A stretch of 64,000 nucleotides of DNA from Acidobacteriota bacterium (GCA_016933615.1 JAFGAO010000027.1:66862-130861), one strand, 5' to 3'. Positions 35,644-45,888 are shown, counted from the stretch's first letter. The notes: generated from the letters alone by a model not told the origin. A program made the numbers and translations.

Positions 35644-38286
35644 TTGAGCAGCAGCGATACGATACGGCGGACTTTTTTGGACTATTTCAGGCGCAACGGG
35701 CACACCATCGTACCCAGTTCGTCCCTGATTCCTTTCAGCGACCCCACGCTTCTGTTTACCAATGCCGGGATGAACCAGTTCAAGGAGATTTTTCTGGGCA
35801 ACCGTCTGCCCCCCTACCGCCGAGCCTCCACCAGCCAGAAATGCATGCGCGTCAGCGGAAAACACAACGATTTCAAGGATGTCGGGCACTCAAGCCGGCA
35901 TCATACGTTCTTCGAAATGCTGGGCAATTTTTCCTTTGGGGACTACTTCAAAAAAGACGCCATTCATTTTGCATGGGAACTGCTCACCCGGGAGTTCGGG
36001 CTGGATCCGGAGCGTTTATGGGTAACCGTCTATGAAGACGACGACGAAGCCTACACTATCTGGAATTCCCAGGAGAAAATTCCTTCGCAGAAAATCCTGC
36101 GTCTCGGCGAAGCGGACAATTTCTGGGCAATGGGAGACACCGGACCCTGCGGACCCTGCTCCGAGCTCCATTTCGACCTGGGACGAAGCCCGCAGCCGGA
36201 TCACGGGGAGTGCGACTTGACCTGTTCCTGCGGCCGATGGATCGAGGTTTGGAACCTCGTATTCATGCAGTACAACCGCGATAGCGACGGCGGGATGCAT
36301 CCCCTTCCGGCCCCCTCCATCGATACCGGAATGGGTTTTGAACGGATCGCGACCATCCTTCAGGGAAAGAATTCCAACTACGACACCGATCTTTTTGCCC
36401 CCCTGATCGACGCCGTTTCCGAAATATCCGGACTCCGCTACGGAAGCAACCCGAACGACGACGTTTCGATGAAAATCATTGCGGACCATGTCCGGGCCGC
36501 CGCTTTCGTAATCGGCGACGGCCAGTACCCCGGGAACGACAAGCGCGGGTATGTCCTGCGCAAAATCATGAGGCGGGCCATCGTGCACGGGAAGCGGCTC
36601 GGAATCCAGGACCCCTTTCTGTACCGCGTTTCCGGCGCCGTTGTCGAAAAAATGAAAGCCGCCTACCCGGAACTTGTTCAAAACAGGGACACCATCGCCC
36701 GGGTCATCAAGCAGGAAGAGGATTCTTTCGCGGGCACCCTGCAAGAGGGACTCGAGGATTTCAACGAGCGGGTGAAAGTCATCAAGGCAAGGGGATCCCG
36801 CACAATGCCGGGAAATGAGGCGTTTTTTCTATACGATACCAGGGGCCTCCCGATTGAAATCATCGAGGATCTCGCCATGGAAAACGGCCTCGTTGTCGAC
36901 GAGGCCGGGTTTGCGAGTGCGCTCGAAAAACAGCAGGAACGTTCCCGCCGGGATTACCTTGCGGGCAAGGTCAACGAACAGGTCGCCCGGTCCGTATTCG
37001 ACGGGAGAACCAGTTTTGTCGGTTACGGACTGTCCGGTCCCACAAAAGCGACCGTCCGGGCGATCCTGGTGGAAGGAAAACGCTCGGAGCGCCTCGAGGC
37101 CGGACAGAAAGGCGAGCTGGTCCTGGATGCAACGCCTTTTTATGCCGAAGGCGGGGGCCAGGTTGGAGACACCGGATATCTCTGCAAAAGCGACAACTGC
37201 GCGCGGGTCGACAACACCGTCTATCAGGGTACGGCAATCGCGCATCACGTGGAGATGGAAAAAGGAAACCTCAATACAGGGGACGAGGTGGAAGCCGCGG
37301 TGGATCTGGCTAAACGGCATCGCACCATGAAAAACCATACCGCGACCCACCTTCTCCAGTCGGCGCTGCGCCGGGTTCTGGGAGACCATGTGAAGCAGGC
37401 CGGTTCCCTGGTTTCGCCGGATCGCCTCAGGTTCGATTTTGTCCACTATGCGCCCCTGACAACGGCTGAAATCCGGAAAATCGAGGATTCCGTCAATGAA
37501 TGCATCTGGAGCAACACGGATGTCGTAACCACAGTCATGGATTTGGACGGCGCCATGAAATCGGGCGCGGTCGCCCTTTTCGGCGAAAAGTACCAGGAGA
37601 GTGTCCGTGTTGTCGAAGTGCCCGGATTCAGCAAAGAGCTCTGCGGCGGCACCCACGTGCCTGCTACGGGATCCATAGGGCTTTTTAAAATAATAAGCGA
37701 AGCGGGGATTTCAGCAGGGATTCGCCGCGTCGAGGCCCTGACAGGCCCGGCCGCATTTGAAAGGTTCCGTTGCTGCGATGAGACTCTGGAGAACCTGCAG
37801 GCGGACCATAAAGTGTCCAGAAACGAAATCGATGCCTACATCAGAAAACTTCAAAGCACCATCCGGGAATTGCAGAGACAGAATCAGAGATTGCAGGCCA
37901 AATCCGCCAGGGCCAACATCGCGGACATGCTCGCCTCCGCCAGGGAAATTCAGGGCATTAAGGTTTTATCCGCTCAGGTTCCGACCATCGACCGGGCAGG
38001 CTTGCGAAACCTCGCCGATGAATTGAAACAGAAAATAGGATCGGGAGTTGTCATCCTAGGAACCGACCAAAACGGCAACGCAGCTCTGGTCGTCATGGTA
38101 ACGGGAGACATCAGCAAGAAAGCGCCGGCGGGTCAAATCATAAAAAAAATCGCTTCCATAGTAGACGGCGGCGGCGGCGGAAAACCTGAATTAGCCGAAG
38201 CCGGGGGTAAAGATTCCGCGAAATTGGCCGATGCTATCGAATACGGCTACTCGGTTGTCGAAGAAATCATGGGTAGCGAAGTTTGA
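35644..38286 (+). CDS. alaS: Alanine--tRNA ligase AlaS
   Basis: The 880 aa protein has class II motifs (FTNAGMNQFK), an editing domain with HxxxH...CGGTH, and a C-terminal DHHA1-like domain. Confidence 0.95.
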   Translation: MSSSDTIRRTFLDYFRRNGHTIVPSSSLIPFSDPTLLFTNAGMNQFKEIFLGNRLPPYRRASTSQKCMRVSGKHNDFKDVGHSSRHHTFFEMLGNFSFGDYFKKDAIHFAWELLTREFGLDPERLWVTVYEDDDEAYTIWNSQEKIPSQKILRLGEADNFWAMGDTGPCGPCSELHFDLGRSPQPDHGECDLTCSCGRWIEVWNLVFMQYNRDSDGGMHPLPAPSIDTGMGFERIATILQGKNSNYDTDLFAPLIDAVSEISGLRYGSNPNDDVSMKIIADHVRAAAFVIGDGQYPGNDKRGYVLRKIMRRAIVHGKRLGIQDPFLYRVSGAVVEKMKAAYPELVQNRDTIARVIKQEEDSFAGTLQEGLEDFNERVKVIKARGSRTMPGNEAFFLYDTRGLPIEIIEDLAMENGLVVDEAGFASALEKQQERSRRDYLAGKVNEQVARSVFDGRTSFVGYGLSGPTKATVRAILVEGKRSERLEAGQKGELVLDATPFYAEGGGQVGDTGYLCKSDNCARVDNTVYQGTAIAHHVEMEKGNLNTGDEVEAAVDLAKRHRTMKNHTATHLLQSALRRVLGDHVKQAGSLVSPDRLRFDFVHYAPLTTAEIRKIEDSVNECIWSNTDVVTTVMDLDGAMKSGAVALFGEKYQESVRVVEVPGFSKELCGGTHVPATGSIGLFKIISEAGISAGIRRVEALTGPAAFERFRCCDETLENLQADHKVSRNEIDAYIRKLQSTIRELQRQNQRLQAKSARANIADMLASAREIQGIKVLSAQVPTIDRAGLRNLADELKQKIGSGVVILGTDQNGNAALVVMVTGDISKKAPAGQIIKKIASIVDGGGGGKPELAEAGGKDSAKLADAIEYGYSVVEEIMGSEV

Positions 38287-38399
38287 GGAACTTTACGGCT
38301 GCCTATGGCCGCGATAAAATCGCTGCAGTGCGCGATACAGGCATTTTTTTACTCAAGCCTCTCTTGCGGCCTCCGGAGGCTTTTTACCGACGGCACGCG

Positions 38400-39095
38400 A
38401 TGTTGCCCAAAATCGCCCTATCCCTGCTTTTGTTATCCTTAGCCCTTGCGTCTACGGCGGCCTTTGCAAGCGGCGAAGAATTCTTCACATACCATGACAA
38501 GAGCGGAGCGCAGGTGTTTACGAACATAGCGCCCGTATCGGCAGAAAATTCGGCGCATTATACTCCCCCGTTTGCGGACAATGAACGGATTTCGGCTCTC
38601 GGCAACGCAATCAACCGTCCCGATTCGCGGAATTTCGATCCTATAATAAAAAAATACGCCAGTTATTACGAGCTCGATCCTTCACTCATTCAATCGATAA
38701 TCGAAACGGAATCGGGCTTCAATCCCAATGCCGTTTCCTCCAAGGGCGCCCGGGGCCTAATGCAGCTGATGCCGGAAACAGCCAGGCGGTTGGGAGTGGA
38801 AAACAGCTTCGATCCGGAGCAGAACATCAAAGCCGGAGTGCGGCATTTTCGTTCCCTGATGGACATGTTCGATAACAATCTGGATTTGAGTCTCGCCGCC
38901 TACAATGCCGGCGAAAACCTGGTCCGGCGCCTGGGCCGGATTCCGGGATACGAAGAAACGATTAATTATGTCCGGTCCGTGACACGCCGATACAGAGAAA
39001 GGAGAGAAAACGTGCAGGTACAGGAAAACCGGACGTACCGTTATGTCGATGCCGCAGGAGTGCTCCATTTAACCAACATACCGCCGGCCCGCTGA
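38400..39095 (+). CDS. Soluble lytic transglycosylase-domain protein with signal peptide
   Basis: It has a signal peptide (MLPKIALSLLLLSLALASTAAFA) and the SLT catalytic motif (ESGFNPNAVSSKGARGLMQLMPETA...AYNAG). ATG 38400 is chosen over the TTG 38283 ORF start. Confidence 0.8.
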   Translation: MLPKIALSLLLLSLALASTAAFASGEEFFTYHDKSGAQVFTNIAPVSAENSAHYTPPFADNERISALGNAINRPDSRNFDPIIKKYASYYELDPSLIQSIIETESGFNPNAVSSKGARGLMQLMPETARRLGVENSFDPEQNIKAGVRHFRSLMDMFDNNLDLSLAAYNAGENLVRRLGRIPGYEETINYVRSVTRRYRERRENVQVQENRTYRYVDAAGVLHLTNIPPAR

Positions 39096-39281
39096 CCGCG
39101 GCAAAGTGCAATTCCGGGAACACGAGACGCAGCCGGATCTGGAGAGACCGTTACTTTTCGGAAAATAATGGGATCTCAAGCATCGGCAGTTCAATCCGAT
39201 CATACAATGTATGAATAAGGGGCAAACAGAAAAGATAGGCCGCAAATACCTTAATTATCAATAAGTTCTGTCAATATAACC

Positions 39282-39310
39282 TTGACTTTAAATTTCGTTA
39301 CCTTTATGAT
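39282..39310 (+). promoter_or_regulatory. Near-consensus sigma70 promoter TTGACT-17 nt-TATGAT upstream of the amidase gene
   Basis: TTGACTttaaatttcgttaccttTATGAT was read directly. The predicted transcription start (about 39317) coincides with ATG 39318, which implies a leaderless amidase mRNA. Confidence 0.35.
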
Positions 39311-39317
39311 TCGAATC

Positions 39318-41219
39318 ATGGATCAAGGCGTTTGCATCCCAAAAGGCTTTCGCGCATTGCCCTGCCTCCTCCTCCTTGCACTTTTTTCGGTCTCTACCGT
39401 TGAGGCCGGTCAATGGGATACCGCCGGAGCGGAGCTTGCGTTTGCGCAATCCGAAAAGGAGTGCGGCGAGCTCGAGCAGAAGCCGGATGCATCCGTTGAA
39501 GAGTATCTGCAATGCGCAAGATCCTTCCGAACGGTCTACACCCGGGATCCGCACTTCATCCTTGCTCCGGAAGCGGTTTATAAAGAGGGGCTCACATACC
39601 AGAAAATGGGGGATCTTTTCGCCCGGGCGGAATATTATCACCTGGCCGTGAAACGTTTCAATTTCCTGGTATCGGATTACGGCGGGAACGCGAACTGCCC
39701 GGACGCCTTAATGCGAATCTGGGACATCTCCACCGCTAAGCTGAAGGACCCGGACAAGGCGGAAGAAGCTTCCCGGATTCTTAAAGCGCATTACGGAAAT
39801 TCCGCAGTCAAATCTCCGGAAACCGCTTCCGTGTCGTCATCCCCCGGGCAATCCGAAAAGGAAACGGTTCAAAAGCCGGGCGATTCCAATCATACCGGCG
39901 GAAGAACGATGATACGCAACGTTCGCCACTGGTCTTCCAGGGATTACACGCGCCTGGTCATCGATATGGACTCCGATGCCCTATATGAAAAAGCGCTCCT
40001 CCATAATCCCGTCCGCATGTACTTCGATATTTCCGGCGCTACATTGTCCGATGGCCTGCACAACCGCACCCTCTCCATCCAGGACAGGTTCGTCAAACAG
40101 GTCCGGATAGCCCAGTACACGCCCGATACAGTCCGTATAGTGCTTGATTTTGCCCAGTTCAAGGCCTACTCGGTTTTTAAGCTCCAGAATCCCGACCGGA
40201 TCGTTATCGACCTGCACAATCTCCCCGGGGAGCAGGCAAAAGCCACAAAGCCAGAACCTGTGACTACAGGACGGTCCCCGAATACCCGGAAACCGTCCGA
40301 TATTGAGGATCCCGCCCCCGAAAGCGCGCGTTCCAGGGACTTTCCGGAGAACGACACACATTCAGGCGCCTCTGAAAATAAAGACACACGAAGCCTGGGC
40401 GGGAAAAAAGTCCTGATTTCGGACCTGGTCCTGAAAGACCTTCCCGACACGCCGAAAGAGGCGGAACCCACCGGTGCAGGAGAAAGAACCCTGACCCGCA
40501 TTCTCGGGCTGAAGATCGGGCGGATCGTGATAGATCCGGGGCACGGCGGGCACGATCTCGGGACTGTGGGTCCGGGCGGACTGCTGGAAAAAAACCTGGT
40601 TCTTTCCCTGGCTTTTAAACTGAAAAGCAAGCTGGAGCAGAGACTCGGAGCGGAAGTGATCCTGACGCGGGACAGGGATGTCTTCGTTTCCCTCGAGGAG
40701 CGCACGGAAATAGCAAATCAAGCTCGCGCGGATTTGTTCCTTTCCATCCATGCCAATTCAAGCCGGCAGCGTTCCACGAGCGGTGTAGAGACCTATTATC
40801 TTGATTTTGCCAATACCGGCCAGGAGCGGGAAGTGGCCGCCCGTGAAAATGCGGGGTCGGGAAACAGTATCCGCGACCTCGAAACCATGGTCCTTCAGAT
40901 TACCCGGGCGGACAAATCCGCCGAATCCAGAGAATTCGCCGCAGTGGTTCAGAAAAGACTCTACCGGAACGCTCGAACGATCTTTATATCCGCGCGGGAT
41001 CGCGGGGTAAGGCGGGCACCATTTGTTGTGTTAATAGGCGCCGACATGCCTTCGATCCTCACGGAAGTAGCCTTTCTCAGCAATCCGAAGGATGAAAAAG
41101 CTCTCGGAAGCGAGGAGAATCGCGAGCGGCTGGCGGAAGCGCTCTTTTCCGGCATCGAGGATTATATGAAGAAGCTGGGAAGTTACCCGATCGCCTACCG
41201 GGCCCTCCAAGATAAATGA
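39318..41219 (+). CDS. N-acetylmuramoyl-L-alanine amidase (Amidase_3, AmiC-like) with N-terminal signal peptide and AMIN-like region
   Basis: The C-terminal Amidase_3 motifs are present (IDPGHGGHDLG...LSIHANSS...VVLIGADMPSILTEVAFLSNPKDE). The start is ambiguous (TTG 39282, ATG 39306 or ATG 39318). ATG 39318 is chosen because of the overlapping promoter-like element. Confidence 0.8.
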   Translation: MDQGVCIPKGFRALPCLLLLALFSVSTVEAGQWDTAGAELAFAQSEKECGELEQKPDASVEEYLQCARSFRTVYTRDPHFILAPEAVYKEGLTYQKMGDLFARAEYYHLAVKRFNFLVSDYGGNANCPDALMRIWDISTAKLKDPDKAEEASRILKAHYGNSAVKSPETASVSSSPGQSEKETVQKPGDSNHTGGRTMIRNVRHWSSRDYTRLVIDMDSDALYEKALLHNPVRMYFDISGATLSDGLHNRTLSIQDRFVKQVRIAQYTPDTVRIVLDFAQFKAYSVFKLQNPDRIVIDLHNLPGEQAKATKPEPVTTGRSPNTRKPSDIEDPAPESARSRDFPENDTHSGASENKDTRSLGGKKVLISDLVLKDLPDTPKEAEPTGAGERTLTRILGLKIGRIVIDPGHGGHDLGTVGPGGLLEKNLVLSLAFKLKSKLEQRLGAEVILTRDRDVFVSLEERTEIANQARADLFLSIHANSSRQRSTSGVETYYLDFANTGQEREVAARENAGSGNSIRDLETMVLQITRADKSAESREFAAVVQKRLYRNARTIFISARDRGVRRAPFVVLIGADMPSILTEVAFLSNPKDEKALGSEENRERLAEALFSGIEDYMKKLGSYPIAYRALQDK

Positions 41220-42307
41220 GATCCCTTGCCCTTCTCTTCGCCATTTGCCTTGCGACCATGACCGCGATCGCGCAAATCGAGCTCGTCGCGGACAGCTATT
41301 TCCCGGCGGATCTCGAATTCGAGGAACTCCGGAAACTAACGTCTGAAGACCAGTTTTCCGATCCCTCCAAATTAACCGGTGTGGAAAACGGGGATCTGAT
41401 TGCGGATGTCGGCTTCGATACCTATGCGCAAAGGACATACAGTGCAGCCGGATCCGCAAGCCTGTCCATCGAAGTTGTGTCTCTGATAGATTCCCGGGCT
41501 GCGTTCTCCCTGCTGACTCTTCTGCGGACATCCGGGATACTGGAAGGGCCTCCCGGCGATGCCTTTGCATCCGCATCCGGCAGGCTCATTTTTTGCCGCG
41601 GGCGAAGATGGATCCGCATCCTGGGCAGCGGGATTCCCGACACGGTGCTCCTTCGCGTGGCCCGCTCGGTCAGCAACAGGATCGGCCCACCCGGGCAAGG
41701 TCTTCCCTCCCTTGTTTCACTTTTTCCCGAAAACGGCCTGGATATTTCGACGCTCCAGTATTTCCCGGGAACGAAAGCTTTCGAATCCCTTAGCGAACAA
41801 ACGACCGGCACCATTGTTTCCGTTCTTTACGACATGGAAATCGCCCGGGCCCATTATCGTGTGAATACCCAGTCGGGAATCCTGTCTCTGCTGAAATTTC
41901 CAACGCACCAGGTCGCCGAAGAGTATTTCAATGAAATTTCCCTGGCGCCCGTATACTCCGGAGCGGGCAAAAGAGCTTACTTGCGGAGAATCGGCCCCCT
42001 GATGTGCGTGCTGGAAGGCTCCTTCAGCGCCGATACCGCAGACGATATCCTCAAGCCCATTCAATACAGCTATTCCGTCAAGTGGATTTACGACAAAAGC
42101 TCCAAACCGGGCACGGTTTGGGGAATTCCGGTCAGCATTCTAGGGTCCACGGTGCTGGCATTTTTCATCGTCGTCGTGGCCTGCGTTCTTTCCATCCTGG
42201 CCGGCATGGTGCTCGCCGCCTGCAGGCTTCTGCTGCGTCGATTGTTTCCAAATAATCCTTTGGACGATCCTAAAAGAACCGAGATCACCAGGTTGAAACT
42301 GCCATGA
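41216..42307 (+). CDS. Hypothetical secreted/membrane-anchored protein (signal peptide and a C-terminal TM helix), translationally coupled to the amidase and crp
   Basis: The 363 aa protein has an N-terminal signal peptide (MRSLALLFAICLATMTAIAQ) and a C-terminal TM segment (VSILGSTVLAFFIVVVACVLSILAGMVLAA). It has ATGA overlaps with both flanking genes. I recognise no family for it. Confidence 0.5.
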   Translation: MRSLALLFAICLATMTAIAQIELVADSYFPADLEFEELRKLTSEDQFSDPSKLTGVENGDLIADVGFDTYAQRTYSAAGSASLSIEVVSLIDSRAAFSLLTLLRTSGILEGPPGDAFASASGRLIFCRGRRWIRILGSGIPDTVLLRVARSVSNRIGPPGQGLPSLVSLFPENGLDISTLQYFPGTKAFESLSEQTTGTIVSVLYDMEIARAHYRVNTQSGILSLLKFPTHQVAEEYFNEISLAPVYSGAGKRAYLRRIGPLMCVLEGSFSADTADDILKPIQYSYSVKWIYDKSSKPGTVWGIPVSILGSTVLAFFIVVVACVLSILAGMVLAACRLLLRRLFPNNPLDDPKRTEITRLKLP

Positions 42308-42972
42308 AAGTAGACCAGATTCGCAAGGTTCCCCTTTTTTCCACACTGACGGACGCGGAATTCAGTGCGTTGCAGCATATTTTCATCCTGAGGTCCTATC
42401 GCAGAAACCAGATTATCTTCCTGGAAGAAGAGACCGGGAATTACATGTATCTGGTGCTTACCGGAAAGGTAAAGGTGGCCAAGTCCAGTTCTTCGGGGCG
42501 GGAAACCATACTGGCCATTCATAAAGCCGGAGATTTTTTCGGGGAGATGTCCCTGCTGGACGGCAAAACCGCGCCGGCGACCGTTTCCGCTATGGAGGAT
42601 TCCAAGATCATTTCAGTCAGCGGCACGGATTTTCACAAATACCTGATGCACAACGAGAAGGTCCTCCTGCAGATCATCGACGTTCTGTGCGCCCGCCTAC
42701 GCCAGGTCTGGCAGACGCAGAGCCTGAGCTCGAGCAAGGCAGACGCCAAGATCCGAAGAGGGATTCATGATCTGGCGAAACGTCACGGGATCCAGGATGC
42801 ACACGGAACGATCATTGATCTGAAAATAACACACCAGGAACTTGCTGAAATGGTGGGAACTTCAAGGGAAACCGTTACCCGGGTCATCGCCCGTCTCCGG
42901 AAAGAAGGAATCCTCGAAGTGGACCACCGCCGCATGACGCTTCTGGATCCCCAGGCGCTGCTCAAAGAATAG
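42304..42972 (+). CDS. Crp/Fnr family transcriptional regulator
   Basis: A cNMP-binding domain (YMYLVLTGKVKV...GDFFGEMSLL) is followed by a C-terminal HTH (LAEMVGTSRETVTRVI). Confidence 0.8.
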   Translation: MKVDQIRKVPLFSTLTDAEFSALQHIFILRSYRRNQIIFLEEETGNYMYLVLTGKVKVAKSSSSGRETILAIHKAGDFFGEMSLLDGKTAPATVSAMEDSKIISVSGTDFHKYLMHNEKVLLQIIDVLCARLRQVWQTQSLSSSKADAKIRRGIHDLAKRHGIQDAHGTIIDLKITHQELAEMVGTSRETVTRVIARLRKEGILEVDHRRMTLLDPQALLKE

Positions 42973-43071
42973 CCCTTCGGCTCAATCCCATTTATGCATG
43001 ACTTCCTGCCGCTGCGCGGGAAGCAGAGCCGAGGGCCCGCGCCGAAATGCAAACGTATTCTTGCGCCAACC

Positions 43072-44883
43072 CTAAATGAACACGGCTTCCCGCCATCTGC
43101 GGACGGAATTGATCAGATAAATGCTCTTGAAATTTTTTCTGTCGGCAACATGCAGAACGCGTTCCCGGATTTTGCCTTGATCCAGCAGGCAGGCCCGGAA
43201 AACACCTCTCAGGAGCCCCGAGTCCGCAGGGGGCGTTACCAGTTCCCCGTCCATTTCCACTACAAGGTTCGCGACAGAGGATTCGGTGAACTCCCCTCTT
43301 TCATTCCATAACAGAACGTCGTCGCATCCGGGACATCCGAGCCGGGCGGATTCGTAGGTATCTCGGAAAGTGGTCTTATGGTAAAGGAAAATGTTATTGG
43401 AATTTACGGGCTTTGAGGCGATCCCGACTTTCATGGGCTCAGGGGAAGCCGGGGCAGGCAAGGGCGAGGACTGGATCTGAATGGAACCGTTCCGGTCCAG
43501 CAGTAGACGGACCTTCCGGTCCGCATCCGGGAAAAAGGCGGCTTTTCCGTGCAGCGCGTTTCTTATAACCCCGATACGGGCGGGATAATCGAAGTAAGCG
43601 GCCGAATCCTCCAGCCTCTTCATATGGTAATCCAGCAAAAAATATCCCTGCCCCGGCGTCCACAGCAACGTTTCCATCAGGGAGAAATCGGGCCTTTGTT
43701 CCGTCAGTATGCGCGCTTTCAATATCGCCTCGGTATATTCATCCTCGCCCTCCGAATCCCAGACAATGCCCCCTCCGGTTCCGTATTCGGCCGTCTCACG
43801 GACCCGGTCGACGACCGCGGTTCTGATGGCGACATTGAACTGAGCGCAGGGGCCCGGACCGATGTACCCGATACAGCCCGTGTATATATTTCGAGGCGAA
43901 TTTTCAAGATCCGCGATGATGCGCATGGTTTGGATTTTTGGAGCGCCCGTGATAGAGGCGGATGGAAAAAGCGCGGCCAGGATCTCGGCCAGGGGTTTTC
44001 GGGTGTCCGCCCGTATGGTCGAGGTCATCTGCCACAGTGTCGGGTGGCGCTCCACTTCAAAAAGCCTTTCCACCTCGACGCTCCCGGCCTCGGCGACGCG
44101 CCCCAGATCGTTCCGTATCATGTCCACGATCATCAGGTTTTCCGCCCGGTTTTTCTCGGAGCTTTGGAGCCATCCGGCCAGAGATTCATCTTCTCCTAGC
44201 GTTCGCCCCCGCCGGACGGTTCCCTTCATCGGCTTGCATGTCAGCCGGTTTCGCCGCAGATCGAAAAAAAGCTCCGGTGAAGCGGAACAGATCGCGTAAC
44301 GTCCGGTATCCACCCATGCGGAGTACCCCGGGTTTTGTGCCCGCACCATCGACAGAAAGAGATTCCAGGGGTCCCGCGCGAATGCAGCGCGGAGCAGAAA
44401 CGTGTAATTGACCTGATAGGTATCCCCCGCACGGATGCGCTCCTTGATTTCGGCTATCGCGCCGAAATAGTCGGGTTTGCCTATGGAAGGAGCCCATTCG
44501 CCCATGGAATACGCGCTTCTTTGGGGTGCGGGAAGGCGGATCGGTTCCGGAGGCGGATACAGCCCAAACCAGAGCAAAGGGAAATCAGCGGACCTCCCGG
44601 TGCGCATTGCCCCGTCGAAAGCGGCCGCCGCTTCATAACTGATGAATCCGGCCGCATAAATCCCCCCTTCCCTTACCTGGGTTTCGATATTTTCTAGGCA
44701 CGGCCGAACCTGTTCCACCTTTGTTGCTTCTATAATCCGGAGCGGATTTTTGAAGCAGAGCCATTGCGAAGCGGAATGGTTGTGGATAATAATTTGTTGC
44801 TGGATCTCGGCAGCGGACATACCCACCTTCCGGTCCCCTTTCTCAATACTCAATGTCGGAATCGAGGCGCAGGCAGGTTCCAT
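43072..44883 (-). CDS. Bifunctional aminodeoxychorismate synthase component I / aminodeoxychorismate lyase (PabB-PabC fusion)
   Basis: The N-terminal 400 aa is a chorismate-binding enzyme (SPELFFDLRRNRLTCKPMKGT...GAPK...GGGIV). The C-terminal 200 aa is class IV aminotransferase-like (YHKTTFRDTYE; NSVRRW). Confidence 0.8.
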   Translation of the reverse strand: MEPACASIPTLSIEKGDRKVGMSAAEIQQQIIIHNHSASQWLCFKNPLRIIEATKVEQVRPCLENIETQVREGGIYAAGFISYEAAAAFDGAMRTGRSADFPLLWFGLYPPPEPIRLPAPQRSAYSMGEWAPSIGKPDYFGAIAEIKERIRAGDTYQVNYTFLLRAAFARDPWNLFLSMVRAQNPGYSAWVDTGRYAICSASPELFFDLRRNRLTCKPMKGTVRRGRTLGEDESLAGWLQSSEKNRAENLMIVDMIRNDLGRVAEAGSVEVERLFEVERHPTLWQMTSTIRADTRKPLAEILAALFPSASITGAPKIQTMRIIADLENSPRNIYTGCIGYIGPGPCAQFNVAIRTAVVDRVRETAEYGTGGGIVWDSEGEDEYTEAILKARILTEQRPDFSLMETLLWTPGQGYFLLDYHMKRLEDSAAYFDYPARIGVIRNALHGKAAFFPDADRKVRLLLDRNGSIQIQSSPLPAPASPEPMKVGIASKPVNSNNIFLYHKTTFRDTYESARLGCPGCDDVLLWNERGEFTESSVANLVVEMDGELVTPPADSGLLRGVFRACLLDQGKIRERVLHVADRKNFKSIYLINSVRRWREAVFI

Positions 44884-44904
44884 GAAGTCGTCCCCGCTCA
44901 GCCT

Positions 44905-45888
44905 TCAGGGCAGGGGAGGCGGCTGGCTCGAAGTCTCGCTGAACAGTGAATCGATAAAAAATTCCGGGGAGAACTCCAGCAGGTCCTCGAGGGATTCCCC
45001 AACGCCCAGGTATCGGACTGGAATGCCGAGTTCCAGGCTGATTCCGAATACGATCCCGCCTTTGGCGGTTCCGTCCAGCTTGGTGACAATAAGGCCGGTA
45101 ATACCTGTAAACTTCATGAATTCGCGCGCCTGCGACAAACCGTTCTGCCCGGTCGTCGCATCGACGACCAGAAGCACTTCATGGGGGGCACCGGGGATCT
45201 TCTTTTCGGCGACGCGCCGCATTTTTTCCAGTTCCTGCATGAGATTGCCCTTGGTGTGCAGTCTGCCGGCGGTGTCGATTATCACGAAATCGCTACCTCT
45301 CGCCCTGGCGGCCGCAAGGGCGTCATGCAGCACGGCCGAGGGATCCATGCCGATTTTGCTTTTGATGAGATCCGCGCCGGAACGTTCGGCCCACACGCTC
45401 AACTGTTCAATCGCCGCGGGTCGAAAAGTGTCCGCCGCGACCACGAGCACGGTATTCCCGGCCTGGGATATCTTCGCCGCCAGCTTGCCGATCGTGGTCG
45501 TCTTGCCCGTACCGTTCACTCCGACAATCATCCATACCCGGATTCCTTCTTCTTCAGAAGGTTTCTTTGCTTCCTTGACGCTCAGAATTGCATACAGCTG
45601 GCTTCTGAGTTCGGCTTTAGCTTCCTCTGCCGTTTCTATGAGCTTCTTTTTCCGCTTTTCCCGGATTGCATGCATAATTCTTTCCGTCACGCGCACCCCG
45701 AGATCCGCCGAAAGCAGTGTTTCCTCCAGGTCGTCAAGCAACTCCTCGTCGATCGCCGGACGCGAGGAAAGGACCGATTCAATCCTGCCGACGAGATTAT
45801 CCTTGGTGGCCCCGAGAGCTTTTTTCATCCGGGCGAACAGGCCGGTTCTTTTTCCGTTCCGTTCCACGGACGATCCTTTAAAGAGCAT
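44905..45888 (-). CDS. ftsY: Signal recognition particle receptor FtsY (short form)
   Basis: It has an NG domain with GVNGTGKTTTIGKLA, DTAGR and TKLDG motifs. Confidence 0.9.
   Translation of the reverse strand: MLFKGSSVERNGKRTGLFARMKKALGATKDNLVGRIESVLSSRPAIDEELLDDLEETLLSADLGVRVTERIMHAIREKRKKKLIETAEEAKAELRSQLYAILSVKEAKKPSEEEGIRVWMIVGVNGTGKTTTIGKLAAKISQAGNTVLVVAADTFRPAAIEQLSVWAERSGADLIKSKIGMDPSAVLHDALAAARARGSDFVIIDTAGRLHTKGNLMQELEKMRRVAEKKIPGAPHEVLLVVDATTGQNGLSQAREFMKFTGITGLIVTKLDGTAKGGIVFGISLELGIPVRYLGVGESLEDLLEFSPEFFIDSLFSETSSQPPPLP

Noticed and set aside
39282-39284. TTG at 39282 as the amidase start codon (the ORF-finder start)
   Set aside because: This TTG is the first three bases of a near-consensus TTGACT -35 hexamer that is followed at 17 nt by TATGAT. 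A downstream ATG (39306 or 39318) that gives a normal signal peptide is more plausible.
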